Below, piece after piece: positions 1-7,701 of a stretch of 18,730 nt of DNA. Below the pieces are notes generated by a model. That model searched no databases. It saw only the letters and a program-made list of their open reading frames with translations, and was not told where the DNA came from. The stretch spans positions 1 to 18,730 of the forward strand of contig CAKSDP010000030.1 in the NCBI GenBank assembly GCA_934446065.1, in the 5' to 3' direction. A program made the translations under genes and the position numbers. The first letter of the stretch is position 1. Every line of letters begins with the position of its first letter. The stretch comes from an uncultured Eubacteriales bacterium (GTDB lineage Bacteria > Bacillota > Clostridia > Oscillospirales > CAG-272).

Positions 1-33
1 AAATAGATATAGTGAGTGCAGGGTTTTATTTTA

Positions 34-513
34 GGCTCCCTTGTGTAAAGGGAGCTGTCAGCCGCACGGCTGACTGAGGGATTGTTGCACAAGTGAATCA
101 ATATACCGGCAAACCCCTCTGAAATTACTGTTTACTTCGCTATTCAGGCTCCGGATCACCTTGATCCCATACTTCTCTAAAAATTCTGTTCGCTCAGCAT
201 CTTTCAGTATGTTCTCATCGTCAAAATGTTGTGATCCGTCAAGTTCAATAACAATTTGCGCTTTTGCACTGTAAAAATCTGCGATATAATTGCCGAGAAT
301 TTTCTGTCTGGAAAATCGTACGGGATAATCCCTTAAGAAGTCATACCACAAATGACATTCTTCTTTTGTCATTTCTTTACGTAATTTTCTTGCAAACGGA
401 ACAAGCATATGATTGTGTTTTGAACGCATATCAAGGTCTCCGTTTTTTCTTCTTAATTTTATCAATCCCTCCGTCAGCCTTGCGGCTGCCACCTCCCTTT
501 ACACAAGGGAGGC
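34..513 (-). mobile_element. 480-bp cassette: one DUF559 endonuclease gene between ~47-bp imperfect terminal inverted repeats, nested in repeat copy E
   Basis: 34..80 and the reverse complement of 467..513 match at 42 of 47 positions by hand alignment, plus 4 more matching bases inward. Each arm contains a full P hairpin (ctccctt-loop-aagggag) and a second hairpin (gtcagcc-gcac-ggctgac at 57..74; gtcagcc-ttgc-ggctgcc at 473..490). The other four family copies have a single P hairpin and no ORF at this position. Confidence 0.6.
58..429 (-). CDS. DUF559 domain endonuclease (Vsr-like PD-(D/E)XK fold)
   Basis: The translation ARKLRKEMTKEECHLWYDFLR..RFSRQKILGNYIADFY..QIVIELDGSQH..RTEFLEKYGIKVIRSLNSEV fits the DUF559 family pattern. 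I prefer ATG at 429..427, which has GGAG 8 nt upstream (acGGAGaccttgatATG). The frame also opens with GTG at 492, but that lies inside the right inverted repeat. The stop TGA (60..58) lies inside the left inverted repeat. Confidence 0.85.
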   Translation of the reverse strand: MRSKHNHMLVPFARKLRKEMTKEECHLWYDFLRDYPVRFSRQKILGNYIADFYSAKAQIVIELDGSQHFDDENILKDAERTEFLEKYGIKVIRSLNSEVNSNFRGVCRYIDSLVQQSLSQPCG

Positions 514-627
514 TTGGGTTTGCACAAACCAATTATATATGCCCAGTATAAAGCTTTTGCGGAGCTTTTCTCGAAAAGCGACCGTTCCCCTTTCTCGAAA
601 AGCGGCTCGTTCCTTTCCAACTGTCCC

Positions 628-1668
628 CTACCGCCGAGCGGCAGTCGCCGGGATCGTGCAGATCAGGCGCTCAAGCGCTATGTAGCGCAGCTCGCTCGAC
701 TTAAGAAGCCGGTCCGCGTCCGCACACCGCTCTACCGCCGCGCGTAGCCGCCCCGGCTCCATCCCCGCGAGCGCCTTCATGTATAACCCGCATTTGTATT
801 CGTGCAGCTTGAGAGCAGATGCAATGTCGGCACGCGACGCCCCCTCGCTCTGCATCGCGCATACGTTCAGCATATCGCACAGAACGCGACCGAGCGCGGC
901 GCATACCGCCACAGGCTCCTCCCTCCGCTCCTTGTATGAGTCAAGCGCGGCAAGAGCAGCTCCCCTGTCACCCGCAAGCACTGCGTTCGCAAGCGCAAAA
1001 GCGTCGTCACCGCCGCCCTCGCAGCAAACGTAGTTCACGACCTTTGTATCAACCGCAACCCCGCTCGCAAGAGCAAACGCCGACAACTTCTCGCACTCGC
1101 CGTGCAGCGTATTCATATCGTTTCCGCAAAGCTCAAGCATCCGATCGAGCGCGTCCGGCATAACCTCAACACCCGATGCAAAAAGCTGCTTCGCGATCCA
1201 TTTTTTCAAAACAGCAGGCGTCTTCACAGCAAACTCAACCGGACAGAGCACTGACGCAAGCTTCTTGTACCTTGCGCTCGGCCTGCGAGGCAGATTTCCC
1301 GCATCAAAAGCTGTCGCCGGCACCTCGACGGCAAGAACCGTCTGCGGGTTGTCGGCTACGTGCGAAAAAACCTCTATATACGACGAAAACTCTCTCTCGG
1401 GGAGAGAGTCCGCCGCAAAACCGCTGAGCAGAACTGCTTTTTTCTCAGCCATCATGGGAAATGAGGTGATCGCCTCCTCAAGCGCTCCGGGCGAACACTC
1501 ATCCCCATCGAGACAGATCCGATTCATGTCGGACGGATCCCCCTCGCAGACGGCGGCGCACATATCGAGCGCGTAACGGTGTTTCAAAAAATCTTCGCTT
1601 CCAAAGAGTAGATATCCCCCACCCAAACTCTTCTTTTTCACCGCTTCACGGAACTCGGTATCGTTCAC
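628..1668 (-). CDS. holA: DNA polymerase III subunit delta
   Basis: About 346-358 aa with an N-terminal GGGYLLFGSEDFLKHRY motif and overall length and composition typical of HolA. The ORF track starts at TTG 1704, which has no Shine-Dalgarno and overlaps the upstream gene by 20 nt. GTG at 1668..1666 is preceded by tGGAGGcgacggcGTG (7-nt spacer), so I call 1668 as the start. Confidence 0.82.
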   Translation of the reverse strand: MNDTEFREAVKKKSLGGGYLLFGSEDFLKHRYALDMCAAVCEGDPSDMNRICLDGDECSPGALEEAITSFPMMAEKKAVLLSGFAADSLPEREFSSYIEVFSHVADNPQTVLAVEVPATAFDAGNLPRRPSARYKKLASVLCPVEFAVKTPAVLKKWIAKQLFASGVEVMPDALDRMLELCGNDMNTLHGECEKLSAFALASGVAVDTKVVNYVCCEGGGDDAFALANAVLAGDRGAALAALDSYKERREEPVAVCAALGRVLCDMLNVCAMQSEGASRADIASALKLHEYKCGLYMKALAGMEPGRLRAAVERCADADRLLKSSELRYIALERLICTIPATAARR

Positions 1669-1684
1669 GCCGTCGCCTCCATCA

Positions 1685-2332
1685 TCAGATTTCCTCCGGC
1701 TCAAATTTCATGGTCATTACGGTGCGATGAGCCGCCGCACCGCGGATCTCCAGCGCATAGTCAAGATGTATCTCTCCCCCAAACCCGGGAGTAAATGTGT
1801 TCTCAACACGCGCGGCAAAAAGCCGCATATCGAAATCCATATAAGGCGTGTGGTAGACCGCGCGGTGTCGCCTGCCCCGCTCAAAGGTCATCACCGTCTC
1901 CGCCTCGCCGGACTTTATTATCGTTATAAGCCCGGTGTCGTCCGTCGAAAAATGGATCTCGGTAAGATTTATGCCTCCGTCATCGTTTGTCTCCGCGTAG
2001 ACCGCGGTCGCACGTCCGTCCCCGATCGCCACCCCGGCATCAAGGCTCAGCTTGTACTCTTCGCTTACGGGATTTTTTTTCGTCGCCGACATCAGCCGCC
2101 AGAGTATCTCTTCTCCGAGAGCGTCCTCCGGCACGCCCGGAATAACGGGTTCCGGTGCGTTTCCGTCCTCTGACTCGACGAACATTGAAAAATCGAACAG
2201 CTCGTATTCCTTTGACTTCAGCGTCATCCTGTAAAAATGCGCCTCTGCCCCGAGAATATCCGACAGAGCCTCTCTCAAAGAAGAGCCGCCGTCTTCGGGA
2301 TATTCGCGAAGCACTCCGTCAGCGTCTGTCAT
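1685..2332 (-). CDS. DUF1934 (YwiB-like beta-barrel) domain protein with an acidic N-terminal extension of about 75 aa
   Basis: The C-terminal half (IIKSGEAETVMTFERGRRHRAVYHTPYMDFDMRLFAARVENT...GEIHLDYALEIRG...TMKFE) resembles the DUF1934 pattern. ATG at 2332..2330 shares one base with the upstream TGA stop (TGATG), which suggests translational coupling. The ORF-track start at 2335 is a TTG one codon upstream. Confidence 0.68.
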   Translation of the reverse strand: MTDADGVLREYPEDGGSSLREALSDILGAEAHFYRMTLKSKEYELFDFSMFVESEDGNAPEPVIPGVPEDALGEEILWRLMSATKKNPVSEEYKLSLDAGVAIGDGRATAVYAETNDDGGINLTEIHFSTDDTGLITIIKSGEAETVMTFERGRRHRAVYHTPYMDFDMRLFAARVENTFTPGFGGEIHLDYALEIRGAAAHRTVMTMKFEPEEI

Positions 2333-3066
2333 CAATACGCGGTATTACCACCGGCACAAGGACAGCCGTCGCCGTAACGGTATCCGAAATCATTCGGTGC
2401 AGCCCAATGTACGGCATTCGTCAGAATACGCTGAACGATCGGGTTGTAGAAGGATTTGCAGGACTCGTGACCGGGCTGGAAGTAGAAGATTTTTCCGGCG
2501 CCGCGCTTGAAGCAGCAGCCTGCACGGAAAACATAGCCCTTCTCATACCAAGCCTCAAAAACGAGCTCGTCCGGAGCGGGAATGTGGAAAGGCTCCGCAT
2601 AAAGCTCCTCGGACTCGAGAGTGAAGTGCTCGGGCACACCTGCGGCGATCGGGTGCGACGGATTTATATTCCACATGACTTCCAGCTGCTCATCGCCCCA
2701 TACGAGGTTGCCGGTGGTTCCGACGATCGCGCGGAAGGGCTTTGAATGGTGAGCTGAGTGCATGGCGATGAAGCCCATGCCGTCAATGTAGACTCTGTGA
2801 CGGATACGCTCGACGAGTGCATCGTCAACCGCTCCGTGTGCGATATGTCCCCACCACATGAGGACATCCGTAGAATTAAGGATCTCATCGGGAAGGCCCT
2901 GCCCGGGCTCATCGAGAGATGCAATCCGGACGTTTATCTCTTCATCGCGTCCGAGAAACTCGGCTACAGCTGCATGAAGACCGTTCGGATAGATTTTTTT
3001 GACGTTTTCGTCATTTTTTTCGTGAATGAATTCACTCCATACGGTTACGTTAATTTTTTTTGCCAT
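2332..3066 (-). CDS. ThuA-domain (trehalose-utilisation-like) protein
   Basis: The translation MAKKINVTVWSEF...NGLH...VLMWWGH..H..V...FIAMHSAHHSKPF...FYFQPGHE is typical of the ThuA family. ATG at 3066 has an AAAGG Shine-Dalgarno 7 nt upstream and lies downstream of a near-consensus promoter (3116..3144). The GTG at 3111 that opens the frame would lie upstream of the predicted transcription start. Confidence 0.85.
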   Translation of the reverse strand: MAKKINVTVWSEFIHEKNDENVKKIYPNGLHAAVAEFLGRDEEINVRIASLDEPGQGLPDEILNSTDVLMWWGHIAHGAVDDALVERIRHRVYIDGMGFIAMHSAHHSKPFRAIVGTTGNLVWGDEQLEVMWNINPSHPIAAGVPEHFTLESEELYAEPFHIPAPDELVFEAWYEKGYVFRAGCCFKRGAGKIFYFQPGHESCKSFYNPIVQRILTNAVHWAAPNDFGYRYGDGCPCAGGNTAY

Positions 3067-3115
3067 ATCTCTGCCTTTCTCGGATGACGGATGTTGTTCT
3101 CCCGCATCCACTTAA

Positions 3116-3144
3116 ATTATAACTCAGGTTATCGGAATAGTCAA
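3116..3144 (-). promoter_or_regulatory. Sigma-70/SigA-type promoter for the ThuA-DUF1934-holA unit
   Basis: The minus strand reads gcgcTTGACTattccgataacctgagtTATAATttaa. The -35 TTGACT is at 3144..3139, the spacer is exactly 17 nt, and the consensus -10 TATAAT is at 3121..3116, about 50 nt upstream of ATG 3066. Confidence 0.7.
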
Positions 3145-3197
3145 GCGCAAAACGGAAAAGTTTTCCTATAATTGACACTTTTTTATCCGGTTTCCAC

Positions 3198-5267
3198 TCA
3201 GATATCTGCGAGATCGAGGTATCTCGAGCCGTTTTCTGCAATAAATTCTTTTCTCGCGGCAATATCGTCGCCGAGCAGCGTCTCGAATATTCTCGCCGTC
3301 GCCTCGGCATCCGATCTTGTTATGCGGATGAGTCGACGCGTTTCGGGGTTCATGGTGGTCTTCCACATCATCTCGGGCTCGTTCTCACCGAGTCCCTTTG
3401 AACGCTGGAGCGTATATTTCTTGTCGCCGATCGACGCGAGTATCTGCGCCTTTTCCGGCTCGTTGTAAGCGAAATACGTGTCGCTTCCGCACGTGATCTC
3501 GTACAGCGGCGACTCGGCGATATAGACTCTGCCCTCGAGGAGCAGGGTCGGGAGCAGGCGGTAGAACATGGTCAGAAGCAGCGTGCGGATCTGGAATCCG
3601 TCCTCGTCGGCATCGGTGCAAATGATTATCTTCGCCCACTTGAGGTCGTCCATGCTGAACGGGACCATGCCGCCCTTTGTCTTGGTCTTGACCTCGACTC
3701 CGCAGCCGATGACCTTCAGAAGATTTGTGATGATCTCGCTCTTGAAGATCTTGTCGTAGCTGCTCTTGAGGCAGTTGAGCGTCTTACCCCTGACGGGGAT
3801 GATTGCCTGGAACTCGGCGTCGCGGCCGAGCTTTACCGACGTGAGAGCGGAGTCGCCCTCAACTATGAACAGCTCGCGGCGGGTCGCGTCCTTTGAGCGG
3901 CAGCTCACGAACTTATCGACGCGGTTCGCGATGTCCATTTTTGAAGTGATCTTGCTCTTTATGTCGATACGGGTCTTTTCGGCTGTCTCGCGCGAGCGCT
4001 TGTTCACAAGGACCTGACCGCAGAACCGCTCCGCCTCGAGCGGATTCTCGACGAAATAGATCTCAAGCTTTTCCTTGAGGAAAGCGTTCATCGCGTCGGC
4101 GATAAACTGATTCGTGATCGCCTTTTTCGTCTGGTTCGCGTAGGAGGTCTGCGTTGAGAACGAATTCGTAACGAGCACGAGGCAGTCGGCGATATCCTGG
4201 AACGTGACCTTCGCCTCGTTTTTGTTGTACTTGCCCTGCGCCTTGAGGTATCGGTCGACCGCCGTTGTGAACGCGAGTCTGACCGCCTTTTCGGGCGAGC
4301 CGCCGTGCTCGAGGTAGCTCGAGTTGTGGTAATACTCGAGCGCCTGAACCTTGTTCGACGAACAGAACGCGACCTCGCAGAGCAGCTTGTACTCCGGCAT
4401 ATCCTCGCGGTCGCGGCCGCGCGTTTCGAGCTGCCATTTTACGGGGGCGGTGAGCGCGTCGTCTCCGACAAGAGCGCGGACGTAGTCAACGATTCCGTCG
4501 GCGAAGTAGAATTCTTCGTCGGTGAAAGAGCCGTCCTCGTTCTCAAAGGCGAGGCGGAAGCGGATCCCCGCATTGACCATCGCCTGACGGTTCAGCACGT
4601 CGGTGAAATACTCGTGCGGAATATTAATATCGGTAAAGACCTCGAGGTCGGGCTTCCAGCGGGTGAGCGTTCCCGTTCGGCGCTCGCTTCGCGAAAGATC
4701 GCGGACGCGCAGCTCGCCGTCGGGATTTCCCTTTGTGAAGTGCATATACGACTCGTGCTCGCCGTCGTAGGAGAACACCTCCATAAACTCCGAGCTGCAC
4801 TGCGTTGCGCACGCGCCGAGTCCGTTCAGTCCGAGCGAATACGTATACGCGGCGTCGCCCGAGTTATTCTCGTACTTGCCGCCGGCGTACATTTCGCAGT
4901 AGATGAGGAACCAGTTGTACTGCTTTTCTTTTTCGTTATAGCCGAGCGGGACGCCGCGGCCGTGGTCGTCAATCTCGATCACGTGGTCGCGATAGATCCT
5001 GACCGATATTTCCGAGCCGTATCCCTCGCGCGCCTCATCGACGGAGTTTGAGAGGATCTCGAAGAACGAATGCTCGCATCCGTCAAGCCCGTCCGAGCCG
5101 AACATTACGGCGGGGCGTTTTCTTATTCTGTCGGCGCCCTTGAGCGCGGTTATCGCCTGGCTGTCATACTCTTTTTTAGATGCTGACTTTTTAGTCTTAC
5201 TGACCTTTTCATTCTCGGATGCTGATTTTTTAGCCTTACCGTCGTTTTCTTCTTTTTTTGTCGCCAT
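3198..5267 (-). CDS. Type IIA DNA topoisomerase subunit B paralog (ParE/GyrB-like) with a Lys-rich N-terminal tail
   Basis: 689 aa with a GHKL ATPase region (EILSNSVDEA, DHGRGVP, MYAGGKY, GLNGLGA), a Toprim region (ELFIVEGDSA...GRD..FQAIIPVRGKTLNC, IIICTDADEDGFQIRTLLLTMFYR) and a C-terminal LGENEPEMMWKTTMNP motif. ATG at 5267 is preceded by aAAGGAGaatcct. It clearly diverges from the gyrB at 12499..14457. Confidence 0.9.
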   Translation of the reverse strand: MATKKEENDGKAKKSASENEKVSKTKKSASKKEYDSQAITALKGADRIRKRPAVMFGSDGLDGCEHSFFEILSNSVDEAREGYGSEISVRIYRDHVIEIDDHGRGVPLGYNEKEKQYNWFLIYCEMYAGGKYENNSGDAAYTYSLGLNGLGACATQCSSEFMEVFSYDGEHESYMHFTKGNPDGELRVRDLSRSERRTGTLTRWKPDLEVFTDINIPHEYFTDVLNRQAMVNAGIRFRLAFENEDGSFTDEEFYFADGIVDYVRALVGDDALTAPVKWQLETRGRDREDMPEYKLLCEVAFCSSNKVQALEYYHNSSYLEHGGSPEKAVRLAFTTAVDRYLKAQGKYNKNEAKVTFQDIADCLVLVTNSFSTQTSYANQTKKAITNQFIADAMNAFLKEKLEIYFVENPLEAERFCGQVLVNKRSRETAEKTRIDIKSKITSKMDIANRVDKFVSCRSKDATRRELFIVEGDSALTSVKLGRDAEFQAIIPVRGKTLNCLKSSYDKIFKSEIITNLLKVIGCGVEVKTKTKGGMVPFSMDDLKWAKIIICTDADEDGFQIRTLLLTMFYRLLPTLLLEGRVYIAESPLYEITCGSDTYFAYNEPEKAQILASIGDKKYTLQRSKGLGENEPEMMWKTTMNPETRRLIRITRSDAEATARIFETLLGDDIAARKEFIAENGSRYLDLADI

Positions 5268-5288
5268 AGGATTCTCCTTTCCGTAAGA

Positions 5289-6188
5289 TTATAAGAGGAG
5301 CTGTTTTACGGGGCGCACGGCGTTCCCGTCCGGGAACTCATCGACGCGCCCGATCGCGAAAAACTCGCCGTTGTGGCACAGCTTCACCATCGTTCCGACG
5401 GGAATATCCCGTCTTATTTTTTTGAGGTATATTTCGGTTCCGCTGTGCGCGAGCTTTGAATAAAAATCGGGAAGATTTACCGTGGGAAAATCGGGGAAGA
5501 GCGTATCTGCGGGGAGTACGAGCGCAAGTCTTTCTTCATACGTCATACCCTCGAGCGCTTCGATCGTATACGCACGTGCGATATCGAACGCGCCCGCCTT
5601 TGTACGTCTGAGCGATGCCATAGCGCCGCCGCAGCCGAGGGAGGAACCGATATCAGCGCAAAGCGTGCGGATATACGTACCCTTTGAGCACGCCACGCGC
5701 AGAAAATAGTCGGTGCGGGATATTTTCTCGCACTCGATCCTATGGATCCGGACGCGTCTCGCCTCACGCTCGACCGAGCCGCCCTCGCGAGCGATATCGA
5801 CGAGCTTGCGTCCGCCGACCTTCAGCGCGCTGTACATCGGCGGGACCTGGTCGTAGTCGCCGACGAACGAATGCACTGCGGCGATGACCGCCGACTCATC
5901 GGGAATATCGTCGGACGATGACAGGATCTCGCCTGTCGTATCCTCGGTATCGGTGGTGATACCGAGGCGCAGCGTCGCCTCATACTCCTTATCCTCGGAG
6001 AGGAGAAAATCTGCGGCTTTGACCGCGCGTCCCAGAAGCACCGGCAGGACTCCCGTTGCCATGGGATCGAGCGTTCCGGTATGCCCGACTTTTTTGGTAT
6101 TAAACATTTTCCGGAGGATCTGTATGATCCGGTACGAGGTGACACCCTCGTGCTTATCTATAAGGATCACGCCGAACGGCTCTGCCAC
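5289..6188 (-). CDS. truB: tRNA pseudouridine(55) synthase
   Basis: GVILIDKHEGVTSYRII...KVGHTGTLDPMATGVLPVLLG matches the TruB catalytic motif region. Two in-frame GTG starts exist. GTG 6188 sits 7 nt after GGAGG (aaaGGAGGAgtgcgcGTG). GTG 6194 (ORF track) is only 1 nt after it, so 6188 is preferred. Confidence 0.92.
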   Translation of the reverse strand: MAEPFGVILIDKHEGVTSYRIIQILRKMFNTKKVGHTGTLDPMATGVLPVLLGRAVKAADFLLSEDKEYEATLRLGITTDTEDTTGEILSSSDDIPDESAVIAAVHSFVGDYDQVPPMYSALKVGGRKLVDIAREGGSVEREARRVRIHRIECEKISRTDYFLRVACSKGTYIRTLCADIGSSLGCGGAMASLRRTKAGAFDIARAYTIEALEGMTYEERLALVLPADTLFPDFPTVNLPDFYSKLAHSGTEIYLKKIRRDIPVGTMVKLCHNGEFFAIGRVDEFPDGNAVRPVKQLLL

Positions 6189-6217
6189 GCGCACTCCTCC
6201 TTTCCGATGAGGTCATA

Positions 6218-7270
6218 TTATTTCTGAGAGGTACTGTTATATTCCGCGAGTGCGGCGTCGGCGACGCGGGCAAATTCCTCGACCGCCTCGTCCGTGCTGC
6301 GCGCGGTGATCGTGAAGCCTGCGGCACGCTTATGTCCGCCGCCGCCGAACTTCTCAGCAATAGCCGCGACGTCAAAATCGACGTTTGAGCGCGCGGAGCC
6401 GCGGAACGTACCCGGCTTTTCGGGGTCGGCTTTGATAACGACGCCGCAGACGGTGCCCTCGATACCGCGGACCTGATCGACCATTCCGCCGAGGTCGCGC
6501 AGCTCAAGCTCGTGCTCGGTCATCTCGCCGGTATTTACGGTAGTCACGGCGATCTTGCCGCCGCAGATATAGCGGAGGTTTTTATTCGCGATACGGCGCG
6601 CGACCGTTTCCTTTTTTGTTATGCCGTCGAACAGCGCAGATGAGATATCGGACACGGACATACGGTCGACGGGAAAGTCGCCGCCGTCGTCGTTCTCCGC
6701 GAGGTAGCCGCAGATTCCGGCTGCCGTAGAGAACGCGGACTCGTTGGTATTTGCAAATTTGAAGCTGCCGGTATCGGACGCGATAGCGGCGAATACCCGT
6801 CTGAGGACGGGGGAGAGGTTGCCGGTGACGTATCCTCTGAGCGCGGACTCGATCGCGAGGTCATACACGATGACTCCTGCGGCGGCTGCGTCGGGGTACC
6901 AGAGGTTATCGGCAAACATGGTACAGTTTTCGTGGTGGTCGATAGAGAGCGCGACCTCGCGGGCGAGGTGGGAAAGCTCTCCGAGCTGCGATGCCGATGC
7001 GGTATCGACTGCGACGATTATATCGAAATCGTTCTCCATGCCGCTCTCGTACGCGGTACTGTGGCCGTCGCACAGGAAGCGAAGCCGCTCCGGAATCTCC
7101 GACGGGCAGATGACGCGGCCGGACCCGCCGGTCAGCTCTACAAGGCGCAGCAGTCCGTATGCCGATCCGATCGCATCGCCGTCCGGGTTGACATGACAGA
7201 CGATCATTACTCTCTTCTGCGCGATCACGTGGATCGCTTCTCCAAGTGTTAATCTTTTGTACTCTTCCAT
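6218..7270 (-). CDS. nrnA: DHH/DHHA1 family phosphoesterase, NrnA-like oligoribonuclease/pAp phosphatase
   Basis: It has DHH motifs (CHVNPDGDAIGS, AVDTAS, IDHH) and the DHHA1 GGGGHKRAAGF motif. It sits in the rbfA-nrnA-truB order typical of Firmicutes. ATG at 7270 is preceded by GAGGAGcgtt. Confidence 0.85.
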   Translation of the reverse strand: MEEYKRLTLGEAIHVIAQKRVMIVCHVNPDGDAIGSAYGLLRLVELTGGSGRVICPSEIPERLRFLCDGHSTAYESGMENDFDIIVAVDTASASQLGELSHLAREVALSIDHHENCTMFADNLWYPDAAAAGVIVYDLAIESALRGYVTGNLSPVLRRVFAAIASDTGSFKFANTNESAFSTAAGICGYLAENDDGGDFPVDRMSVSDISSALFDGITKKETVARRIANKNLRYICGGKIAVTTVNTGEMTEHELELRDLGGMVDQVRGIEGTVCGVVIKADPEKPGTFRGSARSNVDFDVAAIAEKFGGGGHKRAAGFTITARSTDEAVEEFARVADAALAEYNSTSQK

Positions 7271-7304
7271 AACGCTCCTCGGTTATTGTGTATTTATTTA
7301 AGTA

Positions 7305-7700
7305 TTTCAGCAGGGGGACCTTTTGAAAAAAGCTCCCCCTGCACCCCTCCAAAAAGATGCGAATAAATGGATTTGTTGCGAGAGGAGATTTTTGAAAAAA
7401 TCCCCTCTCGCGCTCTCCCTAAAAACTTTTAACTAAATAAAAGGATTAAGTAAGTGCAGAATCTTAGCCAAGGCTCCCTTGTGTAAAGGGAGGCTTTGGT
7501 CTGCCTAAACTCCACGTCTGTGGCGGGAGCCGCGAGAGCGGATACCGCTCACTTGCAGTTTTCTGATAGTTCGGACAAACCATATCGTGGGATATCTCTC
7601 GACTTCAACTGAAGTCTACGTCTTGCACAAACCAAATAAAATGTACCCAGTATAAAGTTCTTTGCGCCACTTTCTTTCAAGAAAGTGGCTCGTATCCCCT
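7305..7700. repeat. Copy A of the modular intergenic repeat (order H1, H2, L, P, S, T, Q)
   Basis: Modules are H1 hairpin 7310..7342, H2 hairpin 7378..7411, P hairpin 7472..7494, S core 7498..7633 and Q hairpin 7666..7689. In the S core the left closing arm is degenerate (ggtCtgCCTaa). The copy fills the rbfA stop (7702) to nrnA start (7270) gap and aligns along its length with copies B, C and D. Confidence 0.9.
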
Positions 7701-7701
7701 T

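Larger units (their letters stand above)
1..627. repeat. Copy E (cut by the window edge) of the modular ~0.4-kb intergenic repeat family; this variant carries a nested DUF559 cassette and lacks the S core
   Basis: 1..54 aligns with copy C 14632..14685 (aaatagat.tagtgagtgcagg.tttta.tttaggctcccttgtgtaaagggag). 493..553 matches the P hairpin plus T module of the other copies, and aattatatatgcccagtataaag is identical to copy C 14827..14849. 564..579 (gcttttc-tc-gaaaagc) and about 590..602 are Q-type hairpins, each followed by a cgttcc(c)cttt tail. The element abuts the holA stop codon at 628. Confidence 0.85.

Noticed and set aside
3067-3111. N-terminal extensions in the ORF track: ThuA from GTG 3111, DUF559 from GTG 492, DUF1934 from TTG 2335, holA from TTG 1704 and truB from GTG 6194.
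   Set aside because: Internal ATG or GTG codons with properly spaced Shine-Dalgarno sequences fit better. The extended starts lack ribosome-binding sites, lie upstream of the predicted promoter or inside an inverted repeat, or sit too close to the Shine-Dalgarno.
3147-3190. Possible intrinsic terminator after the topo B paralog (minus strand cggataaaaaag...cttttccg followed by tttt, or the local ggaaa-act-tttcc).
   Set aside because: The stems are short, A/U-rich and bulged, and the U-tract has only four residues. This is too weak to call from sequence alone, although a transcript boundary here would fit the strong promoter at 3116..3144.
6906-7352. ORFs that read through the repeat elements (6906..7352 minus, 16810..17016 minus, 14811..15155 plus, 264..551, 413..685 and 514..747 plus). 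They yield peptides such as GSFFQKVPLL or GEPFFKKVPLL.
   Set aside because: These peptides are translations of the palindromic H1, H2 and Q hairpins. The frames are not conserved between copies, start codons and ribosome-binding sites are missing, and several overlap real genes.
7310-7411. H1 and H2 hairpins (and the Q hairpins) as rho-independent terminators.
   Set aside because: The T and A runs are inside the hairpin apex, not 3' of the stem. On both strands the stems are followed by sequences such as acccctcc or tgaaata rather than a U-tract. They also sit directly upstream of essential genes that must be expressed.
7623-7660. Plus-strand promoter in the T module (TTGCAC ... TATAAA).
   Set aside because: The spacer between the two hexamers is 22 nt, too long for a SigA promoter. 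A transcript from here would run antisense into the upstream gene. I found no better -35/-10 pair on the minus strand of the element either.
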